Of a stretch of 64,000 nt of DNA, positions 17,488-26,511 are shown piece after piece. The notes under the pieces are model-generated. The model worked only from the letters and a program-made list of their open reading frames with translations. It was not told the origin of the DNA and made no database searches. This stretch comes from Turneriella sp. (GTDB lineage Bacteria > Spirochaetota > Leptospiria > Turneriellales > Turneriellaceae). The stretch's first letter is position 1. Every line of letters starts with the position of its first letter. Location: positions 2,144,001-2,208,000 of the forward strand of contig CBDIID010000003.1 in NCBI GenBank assembly GCA_965279515.1, read 5' to 3'. The translations under genes were made by a program, and so were the position numbers.

Positions 17488-19021
17488 TCAGCCGTTACAG
17501 TTATCGGCAGATCGCCCGGAAGACCGGCGTCCGGTTTGGCAGTTCGCCGTGCCGGCAGTTGTCGCCATAAGCATCATTGCTGGGGTCTTCATGCTGATGC
17601 GGGCAATTGCCGAAATACGTTTTCTCGAACTGGGCAGAAAACTCACAGAGCTGACTGGAAAACGTGAGGATATCCGAAACCTTAACATCTTAAAGCGCCT
17701 GCGACTCAACCAGGGCGGCTATAAAGATCAGGGTGATGAAAAAAAATTCGCGGAGGAGCGAAACCTGGCGATTGCTCTGGCGGTAACGCCAGATTCCACA
17801 GGGGGGAACAACGGAGAAGTGATCGCCCTGGGCGTCGTAAATTCCCTGAACCATATTCTTGGGCTACCTTTAGTCTATCTCTCGAAACCGTCAGCCGAAG
17901 AACGCCTCGCCGAAAACGCGTTTTTTTACGAAAAGCAGCGGAATTTCGCTAAGGCGCATGCCCTTTATGAACTGCTGACTGCCCGAAACCTGAGAGCCGA
18001 CCAGCTCGATTATGTGCTTACCCATAAGAGTTTCTGCGCAGCCATGATGGGAAAATATGCGACCGGCATTGCCGATCTCGAAAAACTAATGCAGACCTCA
18101 AAGAACCAGGCAAATATTGCTTTGGCTTCGGAGATGCTGTTGATTATCCGCGGTCAGGCCGATAAGACCAGACAAATCGACACCCATGCCAGCTTAAATG
18201 CCAAGGCCGAATATTATCACCGAATTGGCGCCTTTGCCGAGGCCGCGCGGGTTATCGCCGAAATTCCTGAAGCAGGCCGCGATTCCCGTGTGCTGTTCCT
18301 GTACGGCCGCGCTCTCGAAGAGACGGGACAGGCCCGTGAAGCCGCAATCAATTATCGTACCGCAATCCAAAAAGACGCATCCTCTGCAAACGCAATCCAG
18401 GCGAACCGCCGGTTATATGCACTGGGCGCATTTTACGGCCAGGGAAAGGCCTTGCGCGAAGAAGCTAAGGAAAACTCAAAAAACATAACTCTCGACACGC
18501 AGTTTTTCAAATCAGCTCAGGCATCGGAAAGCCTGATCAGTTCCCTCGACAAAGATATGGCAATGGAGACCGAAAAATCGCTTGCCTTCGAAAAAGACCA
18601 GGGTATTGAGCAAGCAAAACCCGGCCCTACGGTAGAAACTCCTGCGGCTAAGAACGAACCAATGAAACCGACGCTTCCGGCGCGCCCCCCTGCGCAGCAG
18701 ATAATGAATCGCAAACCCCAGACGATAGTCCAGGCAGACGTACCCGTAAAGGCACCGGTCGAAGACCTTACGAATCTCCGGGACATGGCGACTGCACAGC
18801 GTGCTGAGAAACTGACTCGGTTGGAGAAAAAGGCACTGCTCGCAAAGCGCTACCGTCAAATTGACCGCCTTCTGACCGATGACGGGAATGAATTTTTCGG
18901 TATTATTTTTGCAGAGAACAAGAACAAGATTTCTATTTTCACAATCATGGGCAACCTTGAAATAAATAAAGAGGACATCACCGAACGTAACAAAGCACCG
19001 ATCAAATCTATTATGCAATAA
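17480..19021 (+). CDS. Membrane-anchored TPR protein with Pro-rich linker
   Basis: N-terminal TM, TPR-like helices (LFLYGRALEETG..EAAINY), Pro-rich stretch, C-terminal beta module; TTG start overlaps upstream stop. Confidence 0.8.
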   Translation: MPDQPLQLSADRPEDRRPVWQFAVPAVVAISIIAGVFMLMRAIAEIRFLELGRKLTELTGKREDIRNLNILKRLRLNQGGYKDQGDEKKFAEERNLAIALAVTPDSTGGNNGEVIALGVVNSLNHILGLPLVYLSKPSAEERLAENAFFYEKQRNFAKAHALYELLTARNLRADQLDYVLTHKSFCAAMMGKYATGIADLEKLMQTSKNQANIALASEMLLIIRGQADKTRQIDTHASLNAKAEYYHRIGAFAEAARVIAEIPEAGRDSRVLFLYGRALEETGQAREAAINYRTAIQKDASSANAIQANRRLYALGAFYGQGKALREEAKENSKNITLDTQFFKSAQASESLISSLDKDMAMETEKSLAFEKDQGIEQAKPGPTVETPAAKNEPMKPTLPARPPAQQIMNRKPQTIVQADVPVKAPVEDLTNLRDMATAQRAEKLTRLEKKALLAKRYRQIDRLLTDDGNEFFGIIFAENKNKISIFTIMGNLEINKEDITERNKAPIKSIMQ

Positions 19022-19788
19022 TGCTTAGAATCACCGCGCGACTGTTTTGGCTGGCATCATTATTGATTCCGTTTGCGGCCGCTTTTTCCCAATCTGAAAA
19101 GAGATTTGATTTTTTTTGCCTCGATGGGCAGCACGTACGAAACGCGGAGATCGATCATGAAACAGAACAGGGTTTTTATGTCAGGCTTCCCTACCTTAAG
19201 GATCTCATTTTTGTTGATCGCGATAACCTAAGTGAACCCCCGGTACCCATCCAGAATAAGAAGAAAGACGAAAAACAGCCGGCACCAGCGACCAAACGAC
19301 CTTTGGGCAAATGGAAGTTTGGGCTTGTCGGTAACTATACATACTCTTCGCTCATGATATCACCCCTGGGAGAAATTTTTACGCCAACGAGTGTGTTTTC
19401 AGCAGGCACCTTCGTTGTCTTACCCCGCCCATGGTTGTATTTTATCGATGGGTTTCATGCATTCGGGTCGTATCAGCGCTATGTCAATGAGCCCCGTTAT
19501 ATTGAGATCATCGGCGGTTACGTGGGAACGCGGCTTGCCTGGTGGAACTTTGAGCGATTCTCCCTGAAGATTATTACCGAATTATCCGTCGGCATGGCGA
19601 GCGTCGATATGAAAGGTTTTACTTTTACGAAAAAAAATCTTTCCGCGATGGTAAACGGAATGACCGGCATATCATTTAATCCCGGAGCTTTTTATCTTTC
19701 CGCCGGCGTCGCGGTCGACTATGTCCAGGATTCCGACGTCATGTTCTCCCCGCTGGGCGTCACGTTGCGTGTGGGCTTCACTTTTTGA
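19021..19788 (+). CDS. Small outer-membrane beta-barrel protein with N-terminal module
   Basis: Signal peptide AFS|Q, amphipathic strands, C-terminal GVTLRVGFTF BAM motif. Confidence 0.7.
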   Translation: MLRITARLFWLASLLIPFAAAFSQSEKRFDFFCLDGQHVRNAEIDHETEQGFYVRLPYLKDLIFVDRDNLSEPPVPIQNKKKDEKQPAPATKRPLGKWKFGLVGNYTYSSLMISPLGEIFTPTSVFSAGTFVVLPRPWLYFIDGFHAFGSYQRYVNEPRYIEIIGGYVGTRLAWWNFERFSLKIITELSVGMASVDMKGFTFTKKNLSAMVNGMTGISFNPGAFYLSAGVAVDYVQDSDVMFSPLGVTLRVGFTF

Positions 19789-19792
19789 CGGT

Positions 19793-19820
19793 TTGACAAT
19801 GATTGTTGGATTCATACAAG
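19793..19820 (+). promoter_or_regulatory. Possible sigma70 promoter with overlapping palindrome
   Basis: TTGACA (19793) + 16 nt + TACAAG; ACAAT-G-ATTGT palindrome 19796-19806. Confidence 0.3.
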
Positions 19821-19905
19821 ACAGAATATTTTCATTCACAGGTTGCATTTCCACATTTGCTGTAACGATACTCGGTAGAGTTTGGTGTACGCAATCGGAG
19901 GTAGC

Positions 19906-22047
19906 ATGAGAAGAATCGGTTTCTTAAACAGCCAATACACAGGCTTCAGCGGCTCGCTATTTCTGGTCTTGATACTTTCAACCGCTCAGTGCACAAGGGG
20001 ATTGGCAGGCTTCATGGGCGAGAGTGATCCGAATTTAGCGCGTATCCGCATGCTCAATAATGCTCCGGTCTATCTGTCGACCATGCCCGGCGCCGTAGAC
20101 AGCGTTGAGCTGCAATGGGAAGCAACGCAGAGTGGAATTTTTAGCGTCTACCTGAATGGCAGCTGTTCAGCGGGGACTCCCTTACCGGTTGCCGGCAGTG
20201 GATATATTGAAGCAGGTACAAAAGCAAAAATCCCCCTGCACGCTGCGGACCTCGATATTGGCAACAATACCTTAACCATTTGCCTGACGGTCGACAAAAC
20301 AAGCGTCGTGAAGGCGGTATCCCATATCGTCGTACGCGATGACGTACCACCGGTTTCCACGGCATTCCCGGGCAGCGGAGCTTTTGCAGAAATGCCGGCA
20401 GTCACGCTGAACTGCTCCGATAACTGCTTAAAGTTAATATATACCCTGGATAATTCTGACCCCGATATTGCCGCGGATGGACGGATCCTGAACGGATTTG
20501 TTTACTCGAATGCGATACAATTGCCATCCGCAACTACTAACCTCAAGGTGCTGGCAGTGGATAAAGCCGGCAACCGGGAAGCGGTGATACGCACCGAAGC
20601 ATACCAACAGGATTTCGTGCCCAACCTTGCCATCACGAACGTCACGCGCTCAAAAATGAGCGTTAACGGTTATTCTTCTTCGCAGATTGATTTCACAACC
20701 GACCGCCCGGGGCTACCTTATACACTACGATTGGATACTACAGACTGTAGCTCCGGCACGATCATAACCTCGGGCACGACTACCGCAACGACGAGTCTCG
20801 TTTTCACGGCCGCGAATTTGACGAGCGTTGGCACCCACACCCTGCGCATCTGCGGTCAAAGTTTACTCGGCAACTTCGGCGCAATCAGCACCACAATAGA
20901 CCGTTCTGATGCCGCGCCCACTGCCAGTATAACACCCGCGGTTTCCAATCACACAGTCTCTGTACCCGCGCCTGTGATATCCTGTACACCAGCGGCCGGA
21001 GCTGTCATCGCTTATACAATTAACGGCGCCACACCGGTCATCGCTGCAGATGGCACCATCACCACCGGAACGGCATATGCCGGGCCCTTAACTCTCCAGG
21101 ACCAGCTGCAAAGTATTGTGCGGGCAAGATGCCGGGATGCCTACGGCAATCTGAGCGCTTTGAAATCCCAAATCTATAATGTCGATACGGATAATGGCAT
21201 CGTCCTGACCCTGTCGGCAACCAAGACCTTGGCCGCCGGCACCACATCCCTGGTTTTCGACTACACTTCAACGCGAAATAATATTCCAGGCAGGATACAG
21301 GCCGACACGGTAACAACTTGTTTCGGGGGAACGACCTTGTCATCGCCAACCGGAAACCTAAGTGCCCTGGTTTCAAGTTTGGTTTCAACAGATAACACAA
21401 CGGTTGGTTTCAGACTGGCGGCGCGAAAAGTTTCGGGGGATTGCGTATTTTCAAACTCCATAGCCATCACCAGGGACGATTCACCGGCGGTGATTACGTC
21501 AAATCTTGCCTCTGGGCCTTATATGGGCGCTCAATCGGTCACGCTGGTTTGCGCAGACAATTGTACCAATATGGCATACACCGTCGATGGTTCGGCACCG
21601 GATATCAATCCTGATGGCACGATCAATCACGGCATGCAATACTTATCCCCCATTGCCATACCATCGGCCTCATTATTAACACTTCGGGTTGCTGCATCAG
21701 ATCAGGCGCAAAGAGTTTCAACCGCGACGTTTGATTATTCGACAGATGCACCGCAACCCGTCCCCATCAGCACGATTTCGTTAGATACTACATCGCTCTC
21801 ATCGGCCACACAAACGGCAACGTGGGTTTGGAATGCCGGGGCGGCAGGGTTGTTTTGGACGACAAGGAAAGCGTCATCCAACTGTTCTGATGGCACTGTT
21901 TTGCAATCTGGTGTGACCAATATCGGAGATACGACAATTAACGTATTCTGGCAATCGGGGTTCACGGGAATTTTGTCGATTCGATTATGCGTTACCAACG
22001 GTACTGCAACCGAATTTGTCATACAAGGATTTTCGAATTCGCCTTGA
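19906..22047 (+). CDS. Ig/Fn3-associated repeat surface lipoprotein, paralog of 8371-10914
   Basis: GGAGG RBS; STAQC lipobox-like; shares DxPPxxTA, VDKAGN, TTDRPG..Y, GTHTLRIC motifs with paralog. Confidence 0.85.
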   Translation: MRRIGFLNSQYTGFSGSLFLVLILSTAQCTRGLAGFMGESDPNLARIRMLNNAPVYLSTMPGAVDSVELQWEATQSGIFSVYLNGSCSAGTPLPVAGSGYIEAGTKAKIPLHAADLDIGNNTLTICLTVDKTSVVKAVSHIVVRDDVPPVSTAFPGSGAFAEMPAVTLNCSDNCLKLIYTLDNSDPDIAADGRILNGFVYSNAIQLPSATTNLKVLAVDKAGNREAVIRTEAYQQDFVPNLAITNVTRSKMSVNGYSSSQIDFTTDRPGLPYTLRLDTTDCSSGTIITSGTTTATTSLVFTAANLTSVGTHTLRICGQSLLGNFGAISTTIDRSDAAPTASITPAVSNHTVSVPAPVISCTPAAGAVIAYTINGATPVIAADGTITTGTAYAGPLTLQDQLQSIVRARCRDAYGNLSALKSQIYNVDTDNGIVLTLSATKTLAAGTTSLVFDYTSTRNNIPGRIQADTVTTCFGGTTLSSPTGNLSALVSSLVSTDNTTVGFRLAARKVSGDCVFSNSIAITRDDSPAVITSNLASGPYMGAQSVTLVCADNCTNMAYTVDGSAPDINPDGTINHGMQYLSPIAIPSASLLTLRVAASDQAQRVSTATFDYSTDAPQPVPISTISLDTTSLSSATQTATWVWNAGAAGLFWTTRKASSNCSDGTVLQSGVTNIGDTTINVFWQSGFTGILSIRLCVTNGTATEFVIQGFSNSP

Positions 22048-22095
22048 GTGCACCTGCCCAGTATATCTGCAAATTAGCATAGAGGATGGACGAAG

Positions 22096-23265
22096 TTGGT
22101 ATTTTGTAGAGACGGCCGTTCTCATCTTCGGTTCGGCCTTCTTGCCCTGTTAGCTTGTTGCGGCTTCTCTTGCCAAAGTTGGAATTCTTTTTGGGCTAAA
22201 TCGGAAGCTGACGCAACCGCTGGGCATTCAGCCAAGGGAACAGTGCAGCCGCGGCGACACCTCATCGTTACCGCCGGCACGGCGCAGACAGGCATTTTCA
22301 GCGAAGAATCCGCGACGATAATTGCTGGCCCTCAACTCACCTCGGCTGCCGGAACCGGGGTACAATTATGGAATATACCGCTGGGGCCGCAGCAGGGTAA
22401 GACACTGGTAGTGCACGGCGACGGTACCGGCACCACAACTTTATTCGACCCGGCGACAAATACGATGTCGATTGGTCCCGTGCTGTCGGGTTTTGCAGGT
22501 GCCAATGCGCTGGCTTTTGATTCCGTTATCGGAAATCGCTGGATGGTGCTGCACGGCAACGGGAACAATAGTGCCTCACTCTATGATTCCGCCACGGATA
22601 CTTTTTTTAGCAGCACTGCGTCGCAACAAACCCTGTCGACAAATCCGCATGCCAGTTATGTTGCATCAGGGCCACGAACCGGAACGCATTTGGTGCTGTA
22701 TGGTTCGGGGAGCTCCCTCACCAGCTATGCAGATACCGCTTTATTAGTTTATGCTACCGGCCCGGCGCTACCCTCGCCTTTAGGGACGAACAGCGTGGCC
22801 TTCACTTTCAGTGAAGGCGCCTTGGCAGGGAAGACGCGCATTCTTGCTGGTGACGGTACGGCCAATGTTTTTGAGTTCGACCCGTTTATTGCAGTGCCCG
22901 CCATTACAACTGCACTGGCGACTGGCTTTACAGTTTCTACCGGGGCTTTCGCCTTTCGCATCCGCGCCGGCGCAAGCAAGGGCGGCTTTGTCGTCATGCA
23001 GGGTGGCAGCTCACCGAATGCACGCATCATGTTGCCAGATGGGTCATGGTACACTACGTTTGCGGCCTCTTATACAACGAGCGCGGGAGCAAACGCGATA
23101 GAAGTAGACGCGGGCCCCTTGGCCGGAAAAACATTGCTGACAACAGGGGCTTCTTTCAATTTAACCCACTCTTTCGATCCTGAGACTTCAAGCTTCGCAG
23201 CTGCTGCCGGGCCTGTACTCCCTTTTAATTTGGGCACGGTGACTCGCAGCATTGCGGTCAATTAG
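22096..23265 (+). CDS. Kelch-like beta-propeller lipoprotein
   Basis: GFSC lipobox-like; repeated GPxxGKTLVVHG..T.LFDP..GP.L units. Confidence 0.7.
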   Translation: MVFCRDGRSHLRFGLLALLACCGFSCQSWNSFWAKSEADATAGHSAKGTVQPRRHLIVTAGTAQTGIFSEESATIIAGPQLTSAAGTGVQLWNIPLGPQQGKTLVVHGDGTGTTTLFDPATNTMSIGPVLSGFAGANALAFDSVIGNRWMVLHGNGNNSASLYDSATDTFFSSTASQQTLSTNPHASYVASGPRTGTHLVLYGSGSSLTSYADTALLVYATGPALPSPLGTNSVAFTFSEGALAGKTRILAGDGTANVFEFDPFIAVPAITTALATGFTVSTGAFAFRIRAGASKGGFVVMQGGSSPNARIMLPDGSWYTTFAASYTTSAGANAIEVDAGPLAGKTLLTTGASFNLTHSFDPETSSFAAAAGPVLPFNLGTVTRSIAVN

Positions 23266-23364
23266 GGTCTGGAAGACGGGTTCTCGAGGATCGCAGCAGG
23301 GTGAAAAAACAACCGGCACACCCAAAAAACCTTTACCGCAGCCCTAGGTCTGGCCGGATTTGCC

Positions 23365-23640
23365 ATGGTCTTTTTTTCCGTCCTGTTTCTGGTTCTTGGT
23401 ATCTGGCTGGTGATCCTCTCGGGACGGCTTTCAGGTAAGGCAATCGAAATGGAAAATTTTCTCGTCGATGTCTCGCTGACGCGCATCCTGAAGTATATAT
23501 TTACACACAATCCGTTTACCGGCTACAAACAAAATATCCGTATTCTGATTTATGGCGTCGGCGGCCTGCTGACGATGCTCGCCGGTGTTGCAACCTTAGC
23601 GTATTTTCTGCTGACGCTTTCAGCACCAACGCCACGCTAA
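23365..23640 (+). CDS. Small two-TM membrane protein
   Basis: Two hydrophobic segments; fills the intergenic space. Confidence 0.55.
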   Translation: MVFFSVLFLVLGIWLVILSGRLSGKAIEMENFLVDVSLTRILKYIFTHNPFTGYKQNIRILIYGVGGLLTMLAGVATLAYFLLTLSAPTPR

Positions 23641-23672
23641 AGATATTCCATGCCGGACTTTTCGTCACAGAA

Positions 23673-24431
23673 TTACATCTGAGATTTCATCTTGATTTTT
23701 GCCAGATAGGCTTTGTAGTTCTTGTCGGTGCCGAGCAGCCAATCCCAAAAACGAAACATACCTAGATTGTTGAGACCTGAGCGCGCATGATGAAAGTCGT
23801 GTCGCAGGGAGTGCTCGCTGCCGAACGGCGACGGAAAACGATAGCCGCAATGCTCGTCGAGAACCTCCCACGTGCGGAAGAAAAGAAACACGCACGTAGA
23901 TACGAGGTCGAGGCCCAGAATCACAATGGGGGTAAGTGTGCAGAGCGTTGAAATGACTTGCTCGACGGGATGGTTGTACTCGCTGGTGAGACCGACGCAG
24001 TCATTAGTGAAGAGGTGATGCTTCTTGTGAATGGGTTTATAGAACAGGCGCAGATGCAACATGCGGTGCGTCCAATAGTTGAAGATATCGTTTAGAATAA
24101 AAGCGACGACCGTCGCTGTCGCTACGTAGAGTGCGGCAAGCGCGGGATTCGCCACGGGTGGAAAATATTGCATTCCCCGCCACATGCAAATCGGGTAGAG
24201 TAAAAACCATGTCGCCAGCGGCTGCGTGACTAATGATGCGATTAACAGGTCTCTGAGCGCACCGACCGTTAGCGAACGCGGCGGAATATTTCTCTCTTTA
24301 TAAAGGCGACGCTCAGGGAAAAGATTGAACCGATAAACCGCGGCGAGAAAAAGATTACCGAATAAACTCATTACATGGTGCGCACCGACCACGGCAATTG
24401 TAAAGGTCAACGGATCTATCGGTTTATGCAT
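23673..24431 (-). CDS. Sterol desaturase/fatty acid hydroxylase family protein
   Basis: His boxes HRMLH, HKKHH, EHCGY, HDFHH; WDWLLGT. Confidence 0.9.
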   Translation of the reverse strand: MHKPIDPLTFTIAVVGAHHVMSLFGNLFLAAVYRFNLFPERRLYKERNIPPRSLTVGALRDLLIASLVTQPLATWFLLYPICMWRGMQYFPPVANPALAALYVATATVVAFILNDIFNYWTHRMLHLRLFYKPIHKKHHLFTNDCVGLTSEYNHPVEQVISTLCTLTPIVILGLDLVSTCVFLFFRTWEVLDEHCGYRFPSPFGSEHSLRHDFHHARSGLNNLGMFRFWDWLLGTDKNYKAYLAKIKMKSQM

Positions 24432-24483
24432 ACCCGTCGCGTTGCGGAGACAATGTTTGCCGTAAACTGCAAATTTTTCTGCC

Positions 24484-24942
24484 TTACAAACTCAGTATCT
24501 TCCGGTACTGAATAAACCCCGAGCGCGCGGCGATTTTTTCATACAGTTTCTGCGCTGTCGTATTGGTTTCATGCGTCAGCCAGTGCACACGCGATGCGCC
24601 GTCGGCTTTTGCGCGCGCATAGACGGCTTCGATGAGCGCGGTACCAATACCCTGCCCGCGCGCCCCGGCGGCGGTGAAGAGATCTTGCAGGTAACAATAG
24701 TTGCCCTCTGTCCAGCAGGAACGGTGGTAGATGATGTGCGCGATACCAGTGAGCTTGCCATCCAGAAAGGCGCCCAAGACGAACATGGGTTCGCTTGCAT
24801 CCGTAAGGCGCTGCCACGTGGTGCGTGTCGTCGCTTCGCTGAGAGTGCTTTTGTAAAATTCGAGGTAGCCCAACCACAGCGGTAGCCACGCTTCGAAATT
24901 TTCGGCGCGCAGTTCCCGGACAACGATTGTATTTTGACTCAG
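24484..24942 (-). CDS. GNAT acetyltransferase (probable CTG start)
   Basis: CYLQDLFT..ARGQGIG..LI, WLTHETN..A..LY; frame open to CTG 24942 adding IVVRELRAENFEAWLPLW. Confidence 0.85.
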   Translation of the reverse strand: MSQNTIVVRELRAENFEAWLPLWLGYLEFYKSTLSEATTRTTWQRLTDASEPMFVLGAFLDGKLTGIAHIIYHRSCWTEGNYCYLQDLFTAAGARGQGIGTALIEAVYARAKADGASRVHWLTHETNTTAQKLYEKIAARSGFIQYRKILSL

Positions 24943-25595
24943 GGGTTAATCCAACCGAAATAGATGGAAACCGGCATCATCGCGAAAACGAGCGGCACGA
25001 CAATTGCAAAGGCGGCGCCCGCAAGCCTTATCGGTTTGTTATACCTCAGGTGGTTGATGCCGAGGCTCTGGAAGGCGCTGCGAAAGCCGTGCAGTAAATG
25101 CCAGGCCAGTGAGAAACAACCCGCGAGGTAGAGGCCGACGATCCATTCTGTTTTGAAAGTCGCAAACATCATGCGGTAGAGGTTGAGCTCATGTCCCGTG
25201 ACAAACTGGTTGGTGCGGTTGGGGATCCAAAAATGCGACGTGTGCATAATGAGAAAAAGCAGGATTAACGTACCGAGCAGCGCCATGCTGCGCGAATACC
25301 AGGTTGAATTTGCCGACGCCTTGTTCGCGGCATAACCCACCGGGCGCGCCGCGCGGTTCTGTTTCCAGAGCAACAGGCCATCGACGATGTGGATCAAAAA
25401 ACCCAGCACAAGACCGATTTCCAGAGTACGGATGATAGGGTTCGTCCCCATAAAATGCGCCCAGTGACCGAATGTCACGCCGCCGTCGTTGTACCAGATC
25501 ATGGCATTGATGCCGGCATGAATCACGAGAAAGCTGATGAGGAATAATCCCGTTGCGGCCATGATGTATTTGCGGCCCAGTGAACTTTTGAACAT
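24939..25595 (-). CDS. sdhC: Succinate dehydrogenase/fumarate reductase cytochrome b subunit
   Basis: SSLGRKYIMAATG..H..N, RAARPVGY, SRSM..G, HLLHGFRSAFQSLG; heme-ligating His residues. Confidence 0.88.
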   Translation of the reverse strand: MFKSSLGRKYIMAATGLFLISFLVIHAGINAMIWYNDGGVTFGHWAHFMGTNPIIRTLEIGLVLGFLIHIVDGLLLWKQNRAARPVGYAANKASANSTWYSRSMALLGTLILLFLIMHTSHFWIPNRTNQFVTGHELNLYRMMFATFKTEWIVGLYLAGCFSLAWHLLHGFRSAFQSLGINHLRYNKPIRLAGAAFAIVVPLVFAMMPVSIYFGWINP

Positions 25596-25696
25596 AAGAC
25601 AAGATACCCGGGCGAAGTTAGGCGGTAAATTATTCTTGGCAAGTGCCTGAAAAATCATATCCACCTACAGGAGATCTCATTTACCTGCGAAAAACA

Positions 25697-26506
25697 ATGA
25701 AAACCTTTTTTTCCTGTTACCTTCTGCTGCTTCTCGTCCACTGCAAGAAGCCGGAGCCGAAATTCGTGAAGCACTGGATTTTAAACGACAAGGGAACAAA
25801 ACTTACCTCCGGTACGAGGCCTGAAACACTTCCGCCCGGAACCGAGGTAGAATTGGCGCTCGCAGCATCAGGCGATCCGGAATGCCAGAATGTATCGGGT
25901 CAAAAGTTCTGTAAGATTACGACGAAGGACAACACCGGCTGGGTTGCCTTTGAAGACTTAAGCAAGACACAGCCCGCGGTGTATTACGTGCGAATAGCCA
26001 TCGAGACCGAAGACCCAGCCGAGCGCATACCGGCAAATACCAGGGTGTGGGCTGCCGCAAGCGACGGTGAGGCGTATACGCCGCTGCCGAAAAAGAAAAT
26101 GCTCGCATTCTTTTTTTCAGGACAACAGCGTTTTGCATGGCATGGTCTTTTGTCACCGACCCCCGGCGATAAAACCCTGCTTGCCGGCACACACCGTATT
26201 AACTCCGACGCTGCCAGCTTTGTCGGTGCGTATCGTATTTCGACATACACCGAAGGCATACCTTCGACGCTCGATCTGCGCGCCGATGGCACCTTCGAAC
26301 TCGTGCAGAATTTATGTGAAGGCATGAAACCACTGACAGGTAAGTACTCTGTGGAAGGCGGCCGGCTGATTCTCGCGACCACAGAGTTTAAATACCCGAA
26401 TACCGGGCGCATTTTTCTTGAAGCCTCGGGACCAAACGACCTGGTGATTTTGAATGATATGGGTTGCAATCCGCGTCTCGGCGATATTTTCGCGCGGTTA
26501 AAATAA
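25697..26506 (+). CDS. Lipoprotein with SH3-like and NlpE-N-like segments
   Basis: LLVHC signal; CKIT..NTGWV; GAY..STLDLRADGTF..GKY. Confidence 0.65.
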   Translation: MKTFFSCYLLLLLVHCKKPEPKFVKHWILNDKGTKLTSGTRPETLPPGTEVELALAASGDPECQNVSGQKFCKITTKDNTGWVAFEDLSKTQPAVYYVRIAIETEDPAERIPANTRVWAAASDGEAYTPLPKKKMLAFFFSGQQRFAWHGLLSPTPGDKTLLAGTHRINSDAASFVGAYRISTYTEGIPSTLDLRADGTFELVQNLCEGMKPLTGKYSVEGGRLILATTEFKYPNTGRIFLEASGPNDLVILNDMGCNPRLGDIFARLK

Positions 26507-26511
26507 ACCGG

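Noticed and set aside
1587..22047. Diversity-generating retroelement or shufflon acting on the repeat lipoproteins
   Set aside because: No reverse transcriptase or recombinase, and no near-identical repeat pair differing at adenines was seen
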